Source: Chrysomallon squamiferum
Lineage: Eukaryota; Animalia; Mollusca
DNA: 64,000 nt
Assembly: GCA_012295275.1 (NCBI GenBank)
Contig: CM022671.1
Span: forward strand, 26,846,001 to 26,910,000
Direction: 5' to 3'
Shown: positions 1 to 13,310 of the stretch, in pieces
Position numbering within the stretch: position 1 is the stretch's first letter
Layout: every line of letters starts with the position of its first letter
Program-made: the position numbers and the translations under genes
Notes under the pieces: generated by a model
Database searches by the model: none
Told to the model about the DNA's origin: nothing
Seen by the model: only the letters and a program-made list of their open reading frames with translations

Positions 1-1129
1 TATACTCAAAAGGTGAAGTTTTGTTTCGATACACAGCTATACTCTGTGATACCAAGCTGCAAAAGAAAATATTTAGTTAAACAACAAAGGTGATTTCTAA
101 AATAGATTTTAATCCATCTTCATCACAAAACATACAAGATAAAAGTTTTAACACACCTAATATACAGTAAAAAAAATTTTTTTAAAATTCCCTTCCAAAA
201 AATTAAATATAATGAAGGCATTGATACAGAGTATATTTTATAGTAAGTCTTTGGAAATCCTGGACACTGGAGGTTTGCTGTTAGAGATGCTGTCTATGGT
301 AACAATAACACTAGCAAACACACTGAACCAACAGTCACATAGTATAATTGTCTTGACATGTCAGAATTATGCACTTGAATTACACACAAATACACAGGAT
401 ACTCACAGAAAAGGCAAAGTAAACACTGTTATCTTGAAACCCCATTTCACTCCTTGTTTCATGCTCTCCAAGAAAACAGCATCGTGAATTTTTCGCTACA
501 AAGAAAAACATTTAAATTACTTTATATTATTTATTTTTAACCATCTTATATTTAGCAGCAAGTTGTAATTTCTTTGGTTAAGATGACATTATCCTTACAA
601 TTCATAAATAATTTATCAATTTTCCAATTGTTTTAGCATTTTACTAATTTTTTTCACCTTAAAACATAAACTGAATGGTTAAAAAAAAATGTCATTTTTG
701 AAACTGGAGATTAAACAAATGTTTAACATGCTGTATTGATACTAGTAAAGATAACTTACGAAAGCCTGAAATTTTGTCTTGAAGACAGTTGCTTTGTTTC
801 GCATTAGTAACTCTTCTCTAGCACTTCGACCTCCCAGTGTAGACATTATAAGGAAAGTAACAGCTGCTGACTGAAATACTACTTGATTTATAAATGTCAT
901 CTCAGGACTTTTCTCTCCAATTTCACTACAGTTTAATAAAGAATAAAATTGAATTTCAAAATCCATAAACTGAACTGTTTATACTACAAATAATTTAAAT
1001 ACAAAATAATTACTTCTTTGTTTTGAGAGACCTCCACAAACACACATAGCTATATACACATTTGTGCAGTATGTATGACTGTATGTAAGTATCATTCCAC
1101 AGATAAATTTATATATATATATATGTACA

Positions 1130-1171
<42 letters not shown>

Positions 1172-1833
1172 CATATAGATACACAGATACATATAAAAGT
1201 AGAAAGAATGATGGCAATTTAATTAATAAGAAAACCTCGATTTTTATGTTCACTTTGCAGAATGTTATGTTTTATTCTTTTTTTTTAAATTTTGTCTTGA
1301 AAAAAATGGTTCCCTTCCTAAAAATAAATAACATGAAACGAAAATACTCACTTCCCGTAAAACATGTCATGCAGTCTATCAATTCCAGTTTCTTTTGACA
1401 AATAGTTCTTAATGTCTTCGTCTTTCACAATGACTTTTTCACAGTGGTTTTTCTCTTCTTTCATTTCAGAAGTAGCAGTGTGTTTCATTCTCTCTGACAC
1501 TCCATCATTTTCTGCTGCATATACCTTCCACAACCACGACAATGAAAACCATGATACACCAGTTCTTGTTAAAATGTTAACTTTACTAACTAATGTTTGC
1601 AAAGTACTGTCATTTTTATGATTCTCCTGGATATATTCTACAGTTCTAAGATTTCTTGCTGATAAACTACTTGTCAAACTGATACATAAACATTGATGCT
1701 TCCTCTCATCGTGTTTGTTTACCAAATGAATGTGAAACTTTGGATTTGAAAAGATATTTAACAATTTTGTATGTATTTTCAGTGATGGATTGTCAGCAGG
1801 ACTGTCCTTTTCAGAACTTTCTGTCACAGCCAT
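1..1833 (-). CDS. TIMMDC1: TIMMDC1 / C3orf1-like complex I assembly factor (Tim17/22/23 family), 5' part; runs off the window start
   Basis: GT-AG exons in phase: 1833-1352, 925-760, 495-407, 56-<1. The spliced protein ...ETGIDRLHDMFYGNE...GGRSAREELLMRNKATVFKTKFQAFRKIHDAV..GVKWGFKITVF..SQSIAVYRNKTS parallels recalled human TIMMDC1 (ESGWDRLRELF...YGWRWGWRTAVF...SLNVYRNKD). A 5'UTR acceptor lies at 1896. Confidence 0.85.
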
Positions 1834-3569
1834 TATTTTAGTACACTGGATTTTCTTGTTTCTTGTCAGTTAGAGTTCACTGGTCATTTCTGATGCTAAA
1901 AGAAGATAAAATATGTAAATACATAAAATATCAAGTGTCAATTTAAAATCAATTTAATATATAATATGTTGTTGTTGGTTTTTTTTTTTTTTTTTCATTC
2001 ATTATAAATACTATAAAATATACTGAGAAAATGCATTATCTGGAAGATTCAATGTAACACTGTTGTAATTATATATTAATATATTAAATATTTTTTTCAA
2101 AAATCCGTAATGCTCTACCTCTTTCGTATTTACCATTAAAATAACGTTTATCAATATATATTATTATTATATTTAGCTGACCACAATATGAAAAATATAT
2201 ATCTTTGTATATGAATGACTATGTAATTATGTCAATATTGTTATGCAATAAATACAAGAAACGATAATTTTATTATTATCATGTCATGTACGATGTACTA
2301 ATGTAATGATGTAGCTATTTGTACAAATGAAAATTCTATTTATAATTAATGGAATAGAATTTTAATTAATTAATGATTACGATGATTACCGGCATCAGAT
2401 CAGTTTTATTATACTCATTCTCAACAACGGGGACTCGCCGTCAAATTAATTATTTTAATATGCGGAAGGAAATCGAAAAAACATCACGCACCAAATAAAT
2501 GAAATACTATGTGTACTATAAATGAATAACAGAAATAAAATAACAGACGTCAGTACTTAACATTAAACTTTTCAACCTTGAAAGTTGAAGCAATTTATCC
2601 GAATTACCTCCCTTCATTATCATTCGTCTATTCTTTGTTTTTATTTTCCTCCAGTGAAAGTGTGTACTCATGATTAATATTATTCTCGAGCAGTTTATGG
2701 CATATAGGTGGGGACAATCGGTCAGCTTTATCCGTTTTATTAAAAACCTTTATACGAGTATATTTTTTAATGTTAATTTAGATTATAATAGGAAAATGTG
2801 CACGCAAATCAGACTTGTAGTCCTCTCACACGCACATAAAAACAACTGGACAACAGTTAATTTTATTAACACTTTATTGTAAAATACATAACAATCCGAA
2901 AACTACAAAAGAAAACTTTTACAAAACTCATGACATTATCCTTTCGTTGAATAAATGTAATAAACAAGTTGCGAACATCTTAAAATTACTTCATGTCTTT
3001 TGATAAATGTAATACATCAGGGCTTGCTATCTTCCGTACGTAATCTCACCCATTAGTAATACTGTATTCTGAATTTTTATTTATTTATTTATTCATTCAT
3101 TTATTTTCGAAGGAGTTGTATAAAACCACGGAAGGAAACTCTTGCAGAGTATGTTAATTATTTTTCGATTAGTACATGCAATATTCGTTATATTCCTCAT
3201 GATACAGTTATTGTTTTTTTTAAAAAACAGTACGTTTACATATTGCTCCACTGATATCGAAAAATATAAAATGTACAGTGTAATGATTAACAGAAATTCT
3301 CTTGACGCTTTCAAACTAGCCGACATTTAAATGGTATCATAAAGAATATACAATTTTGGAGGTATGTTATTATATTTAACAGGGTTGAACCCGAATGAAA
3401 GCTACGAATTAATCGTTGGTTTAAATTTTTACGAATAGTGACTCAAGACATGATGTAATTTCCATGTAATATGTTCGCAACTCTTAAAAATTACATATAC
3501 AAATCTATAGACTGGCCGTCATTTTCGGCATCAAAATTAAAGCTAAGAAACAACAATAAGATATATTAG

Positions 3570-3603
<34 letters not shown>

Positions 3604-4613
3604 TCTAAATTTTAAATAAACAGTAATAATTTTATTTTTATTTGTTTTTCTGCCTTTATCTTGAAAAAAATAAAATATTTTAATTTTTAAATACTGCTAT
3701 GGTAATTCATTACTGCAGTTTGTATTTATAAAAACTTTTTTTTTTTTTTTTTTTTTTTTAATTCTGTTAATCCTATCTTGATCTTTGTTGGAGATTTTAA
3801 TTTTTGTTTTATAAATCGATATTTTTCATGATAATATTTTATGAAAAATACTCTACACTACATGCTGAACACCAAAAAAGACGTATACCAATCTATAGGA
3901 ATTAATTATTATTTAAAATATTTACAAAATATTTAAAATTCTAAAAATTAAAATTTACAATCATGTATATGCTTACAAAAAAAAAAAAATAATAATAATA
4001 ATAATAATAAATAATAAAAGAAATAAGTGGGATTTTTATTTTTAATTTTTTTCTGTTGGTTTTTTTAAAAATTATAATTAAATTAAAATTAAAAACATAC
4101 AACAATATCATGTAACCGTAATATTATCAAGGAAAGTTATCTGAAAAAATAGAAGTGTAAAATGTGTGTTAACCTCTTGCCTGTTCTCTCTAATTTTAAG
4201 GTGGAATAAATGTACATCAGAATATCTGTGAAAAGTTTCTTGGGCTAGCATTAATTTTCTAATTGCTACAATATTACTGAATAATTAAAGAAATAGAAAA
4301 AAAGAATTTAAAAGAAATTAAAACTGATTGTAATATAATAAAACATGAAAAAATATGTAGCACAAATGAAGTTAAATTTAACAAATTTTCATAATATTTT
4401 ATAACTTTTGTGACGTTAATTTTATCCTGAATAGAACAAACTTTAATATTAACAGTACTTAAAGATGTAGGAGAAAATTACTGGTTTGGTCCTTCTAAAT
4501 AAAACAGAATCAAACAACAATGATGCTAGAAAACCGTTTTTAAATATAACAATTCAAAATACTGAAGAAAATTATCTTTTTGAAGCTAGCATTAATTTTC
4601 TTATGAAAACAAA

Positions 4614-4651
<38 letters not shown>

Positions 4652-5000
4652 ATCGATATTTCAAAATATTTGAGATAATGAATTTGTTGGTGTTAGTATT
4701 AATTTTCTTATCATAATAAAAGTTATAAACAAAAAATAAAAAGAAAGAAAGAAAAAATAAAATAAAATAGAAGAAAGTAACAAAACGTTTTGTTTTTAAA
4801 TTTAACAATTTTTCAAAATATTTGAGAAAATGGCTTTGTTGATGATGGAATTAATTTTCTCAGGACTACAATACAGACTTTAACAAATGGAGGAACGTAA
4901 ACGTATTTTACTTTAACAAATTCGAAAAAGTTTTATGTTTATCATTTTTTTTTGTTCCCCCAATAAAACCAAGACTAAACCAAAATATTAGTTTCTCCTA

Positions 5001-6582
5001 TTAGGTCTGATCTGTACAAAGTTCCACCATTGAACAGCAAGTAATGCCGAGTAGGGGCTTCGCAAGCGGTGCAATTCCTGACAACCATTTGTTGTTGCTG
5101 ACGTCATACACTTCCACGTCGGACAACGCCGTCGTTTGCGGACACGTAAGACCTCCCACGATGTAGATTTTCTCCCCTGAAAAAGTGATGAACAATCCTC
5201 ATTATCGTAATAATAATAATACAAAAATACGAACATAAAGTAAAACATGTGTCGATTCCAGAAATCTTGATTTAAATAAAACTAATTTTTATGCTTAGAA
5301 TTCAGTGATGTTTATAATTTAAGAGGAAATAATCTTCGTTGTTTTTGAATGCATTTCTGAGTACATGTACATCGTAAAGATCAGTTATCGTTAAAAAAAA
5401 AATAATAATAATATAAATAAATAAAATAAATGATTAATAATAGTAAAAAACAACAACAATAATCATTCTTGTGCAAAATAGAAACACAGCACAGAAAGTT
5501 TAAACGAGAAAAGCATTACCCGCACAAGTAATTCCTGCATCGTGTCTAGGAATGCGAAGTGTTGTGATGACGTCCCACCTGTCCGACACCTCGTCGTACC
5601 GATACACAGAACTGCTGCTTGGCATGACGTCGCTGTTGTCCATGAACATTGAGCCGCCTACCAAATACAGAATGTTGTCGACTTCTACCACTCCTGAGTG
5701 ACAAACCGGCTGTGGTAACGGATTCTTCAACGTCCATCTTTGGAAAGGTGAAAAAAATAATAATAATAATAATAAGAAGAAGAAGAAGAAGAAGAAAAAC
5801 AAGAATATAAAAAAAAAAAAAATAAAGAAAATAAATAAATAAATAAATAATATTTTAAAAATGACATCAAAAGAAAATCTTACACATGATTTGGGAACTG
5901 CTTGTTACACATAATTATTCAGATTGGCATTAACTTTTTAATTTTAAATTTAAAAAAATTTCGATTTGCGTTTTAAAACTAATAGTATATACAATATAAA
6001 AATAATAATAATAAAAAATATAAAAAAATAAAAATTATATGTCTTTGTATGAAATAGATTTTTAAAAAATAACAAAAATTTCACGACCTTAACCTCCTTT
6101 GCAATTTATAATGATTTCAAATTGTAATTAACAAACATTATCGGGGAAGAAAAAATCTATAAAGAACACAGCTAAAATACTTTTTTTTTTTTGTTTTTTT
6201 TTTCCTACACGCAGTTTTTACCTGTTCCTGCGTGGGTTGTAACACTCCACTGTTCCAAACAGAACTTTTTCTTCTGGTGTTTCCATGTACCCCCCAATGA
6301 CGTAAACCAGTCCGTTATGACCAATAGCGGCCACGCCTATTTTACAGTCAGACATACGAGCAGCCCGACCCCAGATGTTAGTTTGTGGATTGTAAAACTC
6401 CATAGTGTCGAGAGTTCTAAAATATAACATGTCAAATAGCAAGTCAACATTTCTGTCCTAGGAGTGAAAGGCCGTATTGCTTGGACTGACAATAGTTTAT
6501 GATTTACTCCTGTAGCAATACATTTGTATTAGTATTAAAAGAGCAGTTGCAATTAGACATGATCACTAACTAAAAGTGTGTG

Positions 6583-6633
<51 letters not shown>

Positions 6634-8379
6634 CTCCTGCTACTTCTACTACAACTTAGTATTATTATTATTATTATTATTATTATTTTTATTATTTAAT
6701 TCAAAAGCATTTAAAACTGTTCATATAAAATACCAAATATGAAGTGAAACCAGATATGTAAGCACAGTTATAAGAATTAATATTGCTTGTGAAGTAATTG
6801 TAGCCTGTACCCCCCCGCCAACCTACTACAAAACTATTAATTATTATAAATATCTTACTCTCCCCTTTCGTTCTCTCCACCCATGGCGTACAAAACACCC
6901 CCAAGAATGGCCACCCCATGATACATTCGTTTAGAATTCATTGGGGCAATCCTTGTCCACACGTGCTGGTAGTAGTTGTACGTGTAACACACACTGGTTG
7001 GATTCGCCAGATTTTCTAAAGCTTCTGCATCTAACATTGAACCTCCTACAGACAGGATATAAAATATAGTGAGCACAATAAAATCAGTTAACACTATGCA
7101 TTTATTATATAAAACCCGATCTAACTGCTAATAAAAAACGTTTAATATAACAAAACCACATTCAACAGTTAATAATTAAAAATTCCTTGTCACAAACATT
7201 TAGAAAAATAAAAACGTACTGTAAATATAAATTGTTCGTCAATAACTGCAGGTATAACGTTATGCAGTCTAATATTTGATTAAACTTTACATTTTAATGT
7301 ATTAAATTTACTATTTGGATCAAAGTAAATTTGAGATAAACTAGTTCTGCTTTATGCATCAGTAATAATATATGAATTCTTGTTTAAAATTTTAGTAAAA
7401 TAGCTAGAAAATTTACATTACTACTGGCGAAAATATTTTTGTAATGTCATCTTTTAAATAGTGATCCTTTCATTAAAACATACATTTCAGCTCACTGGTT
7501 TACCTATGATATAAATGAGATCACCGAGTACAGCAGACGCATGGTGATGTCTGGCTTCGGGTAGCTTCGTCAACACTCGCCAGCAGTTCGTCGACGGATT
7601 GTATTCTTCAATCAACTGACACGGCAGGTTGGAGTCCACTTTGAAAGGGTTGATTCCTCCGATACACAGAACCACTCTGGGACGCCTCACTACTGGAACC
7701 TGGATCTGGTAATTGCTCGGCGTCTCCGGAAGGCTGCAGGCGGCGTTCACGTCCATTCCGCGCATCATTTTTGCATCGTGCGTGTAATGGGACTGATTAG
7801 TTGACTCGCCGTATTCTCTGCTGCGTTGTACAAATCGGTCTCTTGACCTCTGAAAAAGAAAGTAAGTTAATTTTTTTTTCCCCTCATCAAATCAGCGACT
7901 GACATCCTCTCTCCTCTCTCGAACACACCCTATTTACTAGATGGTATTGTCGACTTTGAGCAGAAACAAAGTGGACAATGGGTATTAAGGATATTAATAT
8001 GATAGCTTCGTGCAAATTATATATTTTAATACTTACACTCACTGTTTTCTTTCGTCTATGACCAATTTAGTAACTGATTCTTATAACTATTTTCAAATTG
8101 TTTTATTTGCGAAATGGATTATTGTTGTTTGGGATCGGACATAAATTGATTTGTAAAAACTGAGATCATTACTCAATGGTAGAATACCCCGTGGGAACTT
8201 AGTCGGTCTGGATTCCCTCCTTTACTCAGGGCTGCCACGTGATCCGTCTGACGATAACTCCGTCTTGGAGGGGGATAGTAGTCATTGTCGATTAGGTAAC
8301 TTCCACTCAGTTTCAGTGCCTGATACCTGAAATAATAATGATGATGATGATATTATTAATAATAATAATAATTTTATTG

Positions 8380-8470
<91 letters not shown>

Positions 8471-9954
8471 CAAAAATTGTATAAATTATGCATGAGATCA
8501 TTTGTCATTCTGGTTCTGTCAGTAACAAATAAATATTGTCCGTAGGAAGAGGAGCGATAATAAATAAACAAGTAAATAAAATAAATATAATAAATAAATA
8601 CAGATAAAATGCATTTAGCATTTTACTGTGTTTGTCAACATGAATGGGCCTCATGGGGACAGCAGATCTTTACAGTTTTTAAGATGTAATGATTCAGTGA
8701 AAATGATGTATGTTTGCATCTTTACCTGAAAACATTCATTAACATCTGCTGACACTCCAATGTAGGAATCATATCTGGTTCTACGAGAGTGACCAGTTCT
8801 TCTGGTGGGATGTAGATCATCCGAACAGTCTTGAGAACTTCGTCTGCGAACTTCAGCCTGGTCTGTTTGTTATATTCAATCCATCTTTTGGCTGCTGTGA
8901 ACACGTCCAGCTCACGCGCAACCGCAAGACTATCGTCTGACAAAATTTTACAGACGTCTTCAACCGGCAGTTTCAGAAACCTTTCCGTTTTTGTGATTTC
9001 GTTGAATCGTTTACAGATAAAACTTTGCATTTGTGGTATCACATGAATCAAATCGTGCTTTTTAGCAATTTGTACAAAATCAAGAACATTGTCAGTTGAG
9101 AAACTGAGTAGAATGGACTCACATTTTTTGACTACTTTTGATATTCCGAGATATTTCGCGCATGACAGAATGTCACTTACGTTTCTCGTATTGATGTTGA
9201 TTTCGGACGTGTAGATATATCTGAGAACCTCTTTCAAAGCATCAGATAAGCCACGAGGCAAATCAATATGGCTGATTTCGGCCATCGTTTTGTTACAGTG
9301 TCTGGAAGCAAACGAGTCACTGTGGGCTGCCAGGGCCACTTTGTGTATGGGGAAGACCTGACCATCCACCCGTATCATGACGTCACACATCTTTTGTGCT
9401 TGCCACATATTACACAGGTAATGGCCAATCAATCTAGCATTTTCTGACTTGCTAGGGCCCGAACTGTTATTGTATTGCTGCCCATCGTACTGTGGAGAAA
9501 TATCAAAATCACGACCCGATTCTTTGTGTGGATAATAGTTCTGATTTTCATTCACAGCAGTCTTGTCAGTTAGACTCCTTTTTGTTTCAGAGTCCGTGTA
9601 GGAACTACTGTACATAGCGTTAATTTTTGACTGCAGTGGTATGGTTTCCAAACCTGGATCTCTGACAGGTACTTCACGTGAATGAATTGTAGTCAGACTT
9701 TCATTTTCCGTACCTTCATCGCGAATCACCGGAGACCAGAAGTTTTCTTGAACAAAACTTTTGTTACTTTCTGTTTTGCTCGAAGTCACAATTTTTTCTT
9801 CGACTGGGCGATCGTGTTTTTTTAGTCGCCGGTCACTTTGGCGATGGTAGTTGATGTGATTTTCGTTGGTAAATTCATCATTCTCTGATGGAATATTATT
9901 ATTTACATTCTGCAACGTTTTCAACAGCCTAGACTTAAATTTTAAAGTCTCCAT
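5001..9954 (-). CDS. BTB-BACK-Kelch protein with a scruin-like kelch propeller
   Basis: Exons 9954-8726, 8326-~8188 (donor uncertain), 7849-7504, 7045-6859, 6416-6222, 5737-5520, 5176-5001. BTB motifs (CDVMIRVDGQVFPIHKVALAAHS, LRYIYT), BACK (ILSDDSLAVARELDVFTAAKRWI) and six GG..Y..W kelch repeats are present. The LPEARHHH and IGGINP motifs recall scruin-type repeats. Confidence 0.88.
6588..6630. repeat. (TG)n microsatellite
   Basis: Uninterrupted run; one of many (CA)n, (TAA)n and (TAAA)n tracts in the window. Confidence 0.95.
8385..8467. repeat. (CT)n microsatellite in a kelch gene intron
   Basis: Uninterrupted dinucleotide run; it explains the poly-ER ORFs in the track. Confidence 0.98.
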
Positions 9955-10224
9955 TTTGGTTACGAGATTATTTCACACAAATCTTTGATGACGTCATTAG
10001 TAAAGTAATTACGTGATAAAGTTATATGGTGCTAATGGCAGTAGTTCATCGCATTTGGAATGTTAAAACTTTACTCTCGTTTTCTTTTCTTTTTTTCTTT
10101 TTTTTCTTTTTCAAATACAATAGCTGTGTGAAATAAACGTATTCTGATTTGTGGAGATAATACTTCACTTAATCATTTTCACTAATATTAAGATGCAGTG
10201 AATCACTGATGCACGTTTTCAATA

Positions 10225-10269
<45 letters not shown>

Positions 10270-10372
10270 AATTAAATAATTAAATTAACAGCTAAATATT
10301 TCCCATTAATAGCAAATAATGGAAATCTATATGCTTGTACATCTGTCAAACAGCATTCTAAACCTACATTTA

Positions 10373-10415
<43 letters not shown>

Positions 10416-10877
10416 CACATACATACATACAAACCAAAAGAAATGAAGAATAATAATAGTATATAATGTGTTTATTTGTAAAAATATTTTGATCTAAGAA
10501 GTGTACAGCAGTTAACAGTTGTCATCAAAATATTAGATAATCAAAGAATAAATCTTTGGTTTAAATACAGTACACTGTAATTATTCAAAATCTCCATCTA
10601 TTTAACATCTCATAATTCATTCAGATTGGAATTCCAGTAACATTTTGAACTCTCTCTTCATTAACTTATTAACAAAGAAACATACTAACCACACTTTGAA
10701 TGCCATGCGTAAATTGCATTACAAAATATTTGATTTATAGTTCATAGTTTGTTTCCATTCAAGGTCCTTTAAAGTATTTCATATCATGTAAACTGTTATA
10801 AAAATTGATAGAAAACAATAAGCATGCAAAAAGCCCAGAGTAAATCACATTGCAGCAAACAATGAATAAAAAAAAAA

Positions 10878-10908
<31 letters not shown>

Positions 10909-11772
10909 GAAAAAAAGAAGAAAAAAAGTATAGCAAATGAAAGCAGAATGGTAAAACAAACCCTGTACCCTACAGATGCATGTACTTTATATAATACTAG
11001 ATGTGTTAATATAATATAATATATCACACACACAAACACACACACCCATATACATACACAGCAGTTTATTGAATGGATTAAAACAAACAAACAAACTGCT
11101 CTCATTACATTGACAAACTGTAAAATACTATTCTATGCTAAACATGCATAAAAAATAAAAAACAGCATTTATAAGAACCATGTGTTCGCACCCCAGCTGA
11201 AGAAAAGTTTATTTGTTCACTATGTTAACTAACTGTGATATACACAATGCCCAGTAAAACTCTGTGGGGATCTTCTGAGTGAGATTACAAAAAAAAAAAA
11301 TAAACTAAAATAATCTCTTTTATCAAACAGCACCCTAAACTCCATACAAATAAAAAACAAAAAAAAAAAAAAAATTATAATAATAGTAAAAAAACCCAGA
11401 AGAGATTGTGTAACGTTAATATAATCCTTACTTTCCATAGAGAAAATTCTTCTGTATTAAAAAGATCTAATGTCTAAACAGATAATAATTTTTGATACAT
11501 AACACTAATATTTAAATACATTTCCAGTAGTTCACTGTATATTCAAATCCCAACTCCATTGTCTTAATAATAACACAAATTAAAATTCCAAATCCCCTTT
11601 TTTTTAATAATGTACTAGATACAAATTCAAAATCCACTTTCATAAAGATGTAAAGTATTCAAATTTCAAATCCACTGTACCACTCTCTTAATGATATACA
11701 AAATTCAAAATCTACTTTCATAATAACATAAACCATTTTGAAAACTGCAGTCCTGTCATCCATGATGTGGTT

Positions 11773-12400
11773 TCAGATTAACAAGTGGAAAATGAAAGTT
11801 CCAAGAACAACCCAGTGACTGGCAAAACTGAGGTTAGCCCATTTGTCCAGTGTGTGTAACATGGTGTATCCCTGGTTAAAAAAATATTAAAACAATTAAA
11901 TAATAACAGTAATAACAATAATAATAATAATAATAAGAAGAAGAAGAATAACAAGAAGACAAAGAAGAAGGTGAAGATAATGAAAAAGAAGAAAGAAGAA
12001 AAGAAATTAAAAACAGAGGAGAACATCTAAAATCATAAAGTTCAAAACTATTAACAGTTATTTAAAAAAGAATTAGAAAATTATTAAAATCTGCACCTTT
12101 TGTTCTCAAACACTTTAATTAATATCACTGATTAATAATTTGAGAGAATTCTCTTAGAAATGAAAAAAGTGTATATGTGTGTGTGTGTTTATAATTAGAT
12201 ATATATTTAACATTTAAAAAAGATTTTTAAAAAAGACAGATTAATAAAAATTTAAGGACAAACCTCTTCTTGCTGAGAGCTGCTGTCAAACATGAGACCT
12301 AAATAAGCCAGGTGAAAAACTGTCAACATCCCAAAACACACATTTGTCAAAACAACTGCAGGGTGCCACTGTGTGTAAAAATTAAAAAAAAAAAAAAAAA

Positions 12401-12435
<35 letters not shown>

Positions 12436-13277
12436 CAATGAAAATAATGAATATAAATAAATAATAACTTGGAAAAAGAAAAATGATACACATGAAAAAG
12501 AATGACCTGCTTTTCACAACAGTTACCATTTGTGGCAACATGAACTCAGAGCTATTTTTATTTTCATTTTATGGACAGTTATCCTGTATGTGGATTGTAG
12601 GTTTATATTTGACCAGACAAATAAAATCAATTAATGTTATTATTTAAAATAAAATTAAAATAAAAACAAAATAAGAAAATCAAATATAAATCCTCCCTAT
12701 ATAGTCACTAAAAAAACAAAGTAGTCATAAAAAGAAAACATTTGTGTGACCATCTAACTTTCCCCAGAGACTGCATTTTTCATTTTTTTTTTTTTAAATA
12801 TAATTTTTTCAGAAACAAATTTCTTAAAACAACTTGTGTTTATCTACAGTTTACATTATGACTTACATAACTGTAACGGTGATTGCAGTCACTTGGACAC
12901 TGTTTGGCTTGGATGCAAGCATTGAATATTCTAGCTAACTTGCTTCTCAAAACTGAAAACATAAACAGAACATATAGGCAAAATAAACATAATAATAATA
13001 ATAATGATATATATATATATATTCTTTCTTCTTTTTTTTAATTCTTTTTTTATGTATTATATAACTGAAAATAAAGTCATATGAAACTTTTGGTAAGTAA
13101 AATAAATATATTTTGCTTAGAGGTTTTGTATGTATGTATGTATGTATGTATAATAATCTATATATAATAAAGAATAATAAATAATAATTGTTGGATAACA
13201 GAAATGTAAAAAATATGTATCTTATATCATAGTTGAATTTAATAATAATAATAAAAAAATAATAATAATAATAAAAA

Positions 13278-13310
<33 letters not shown>

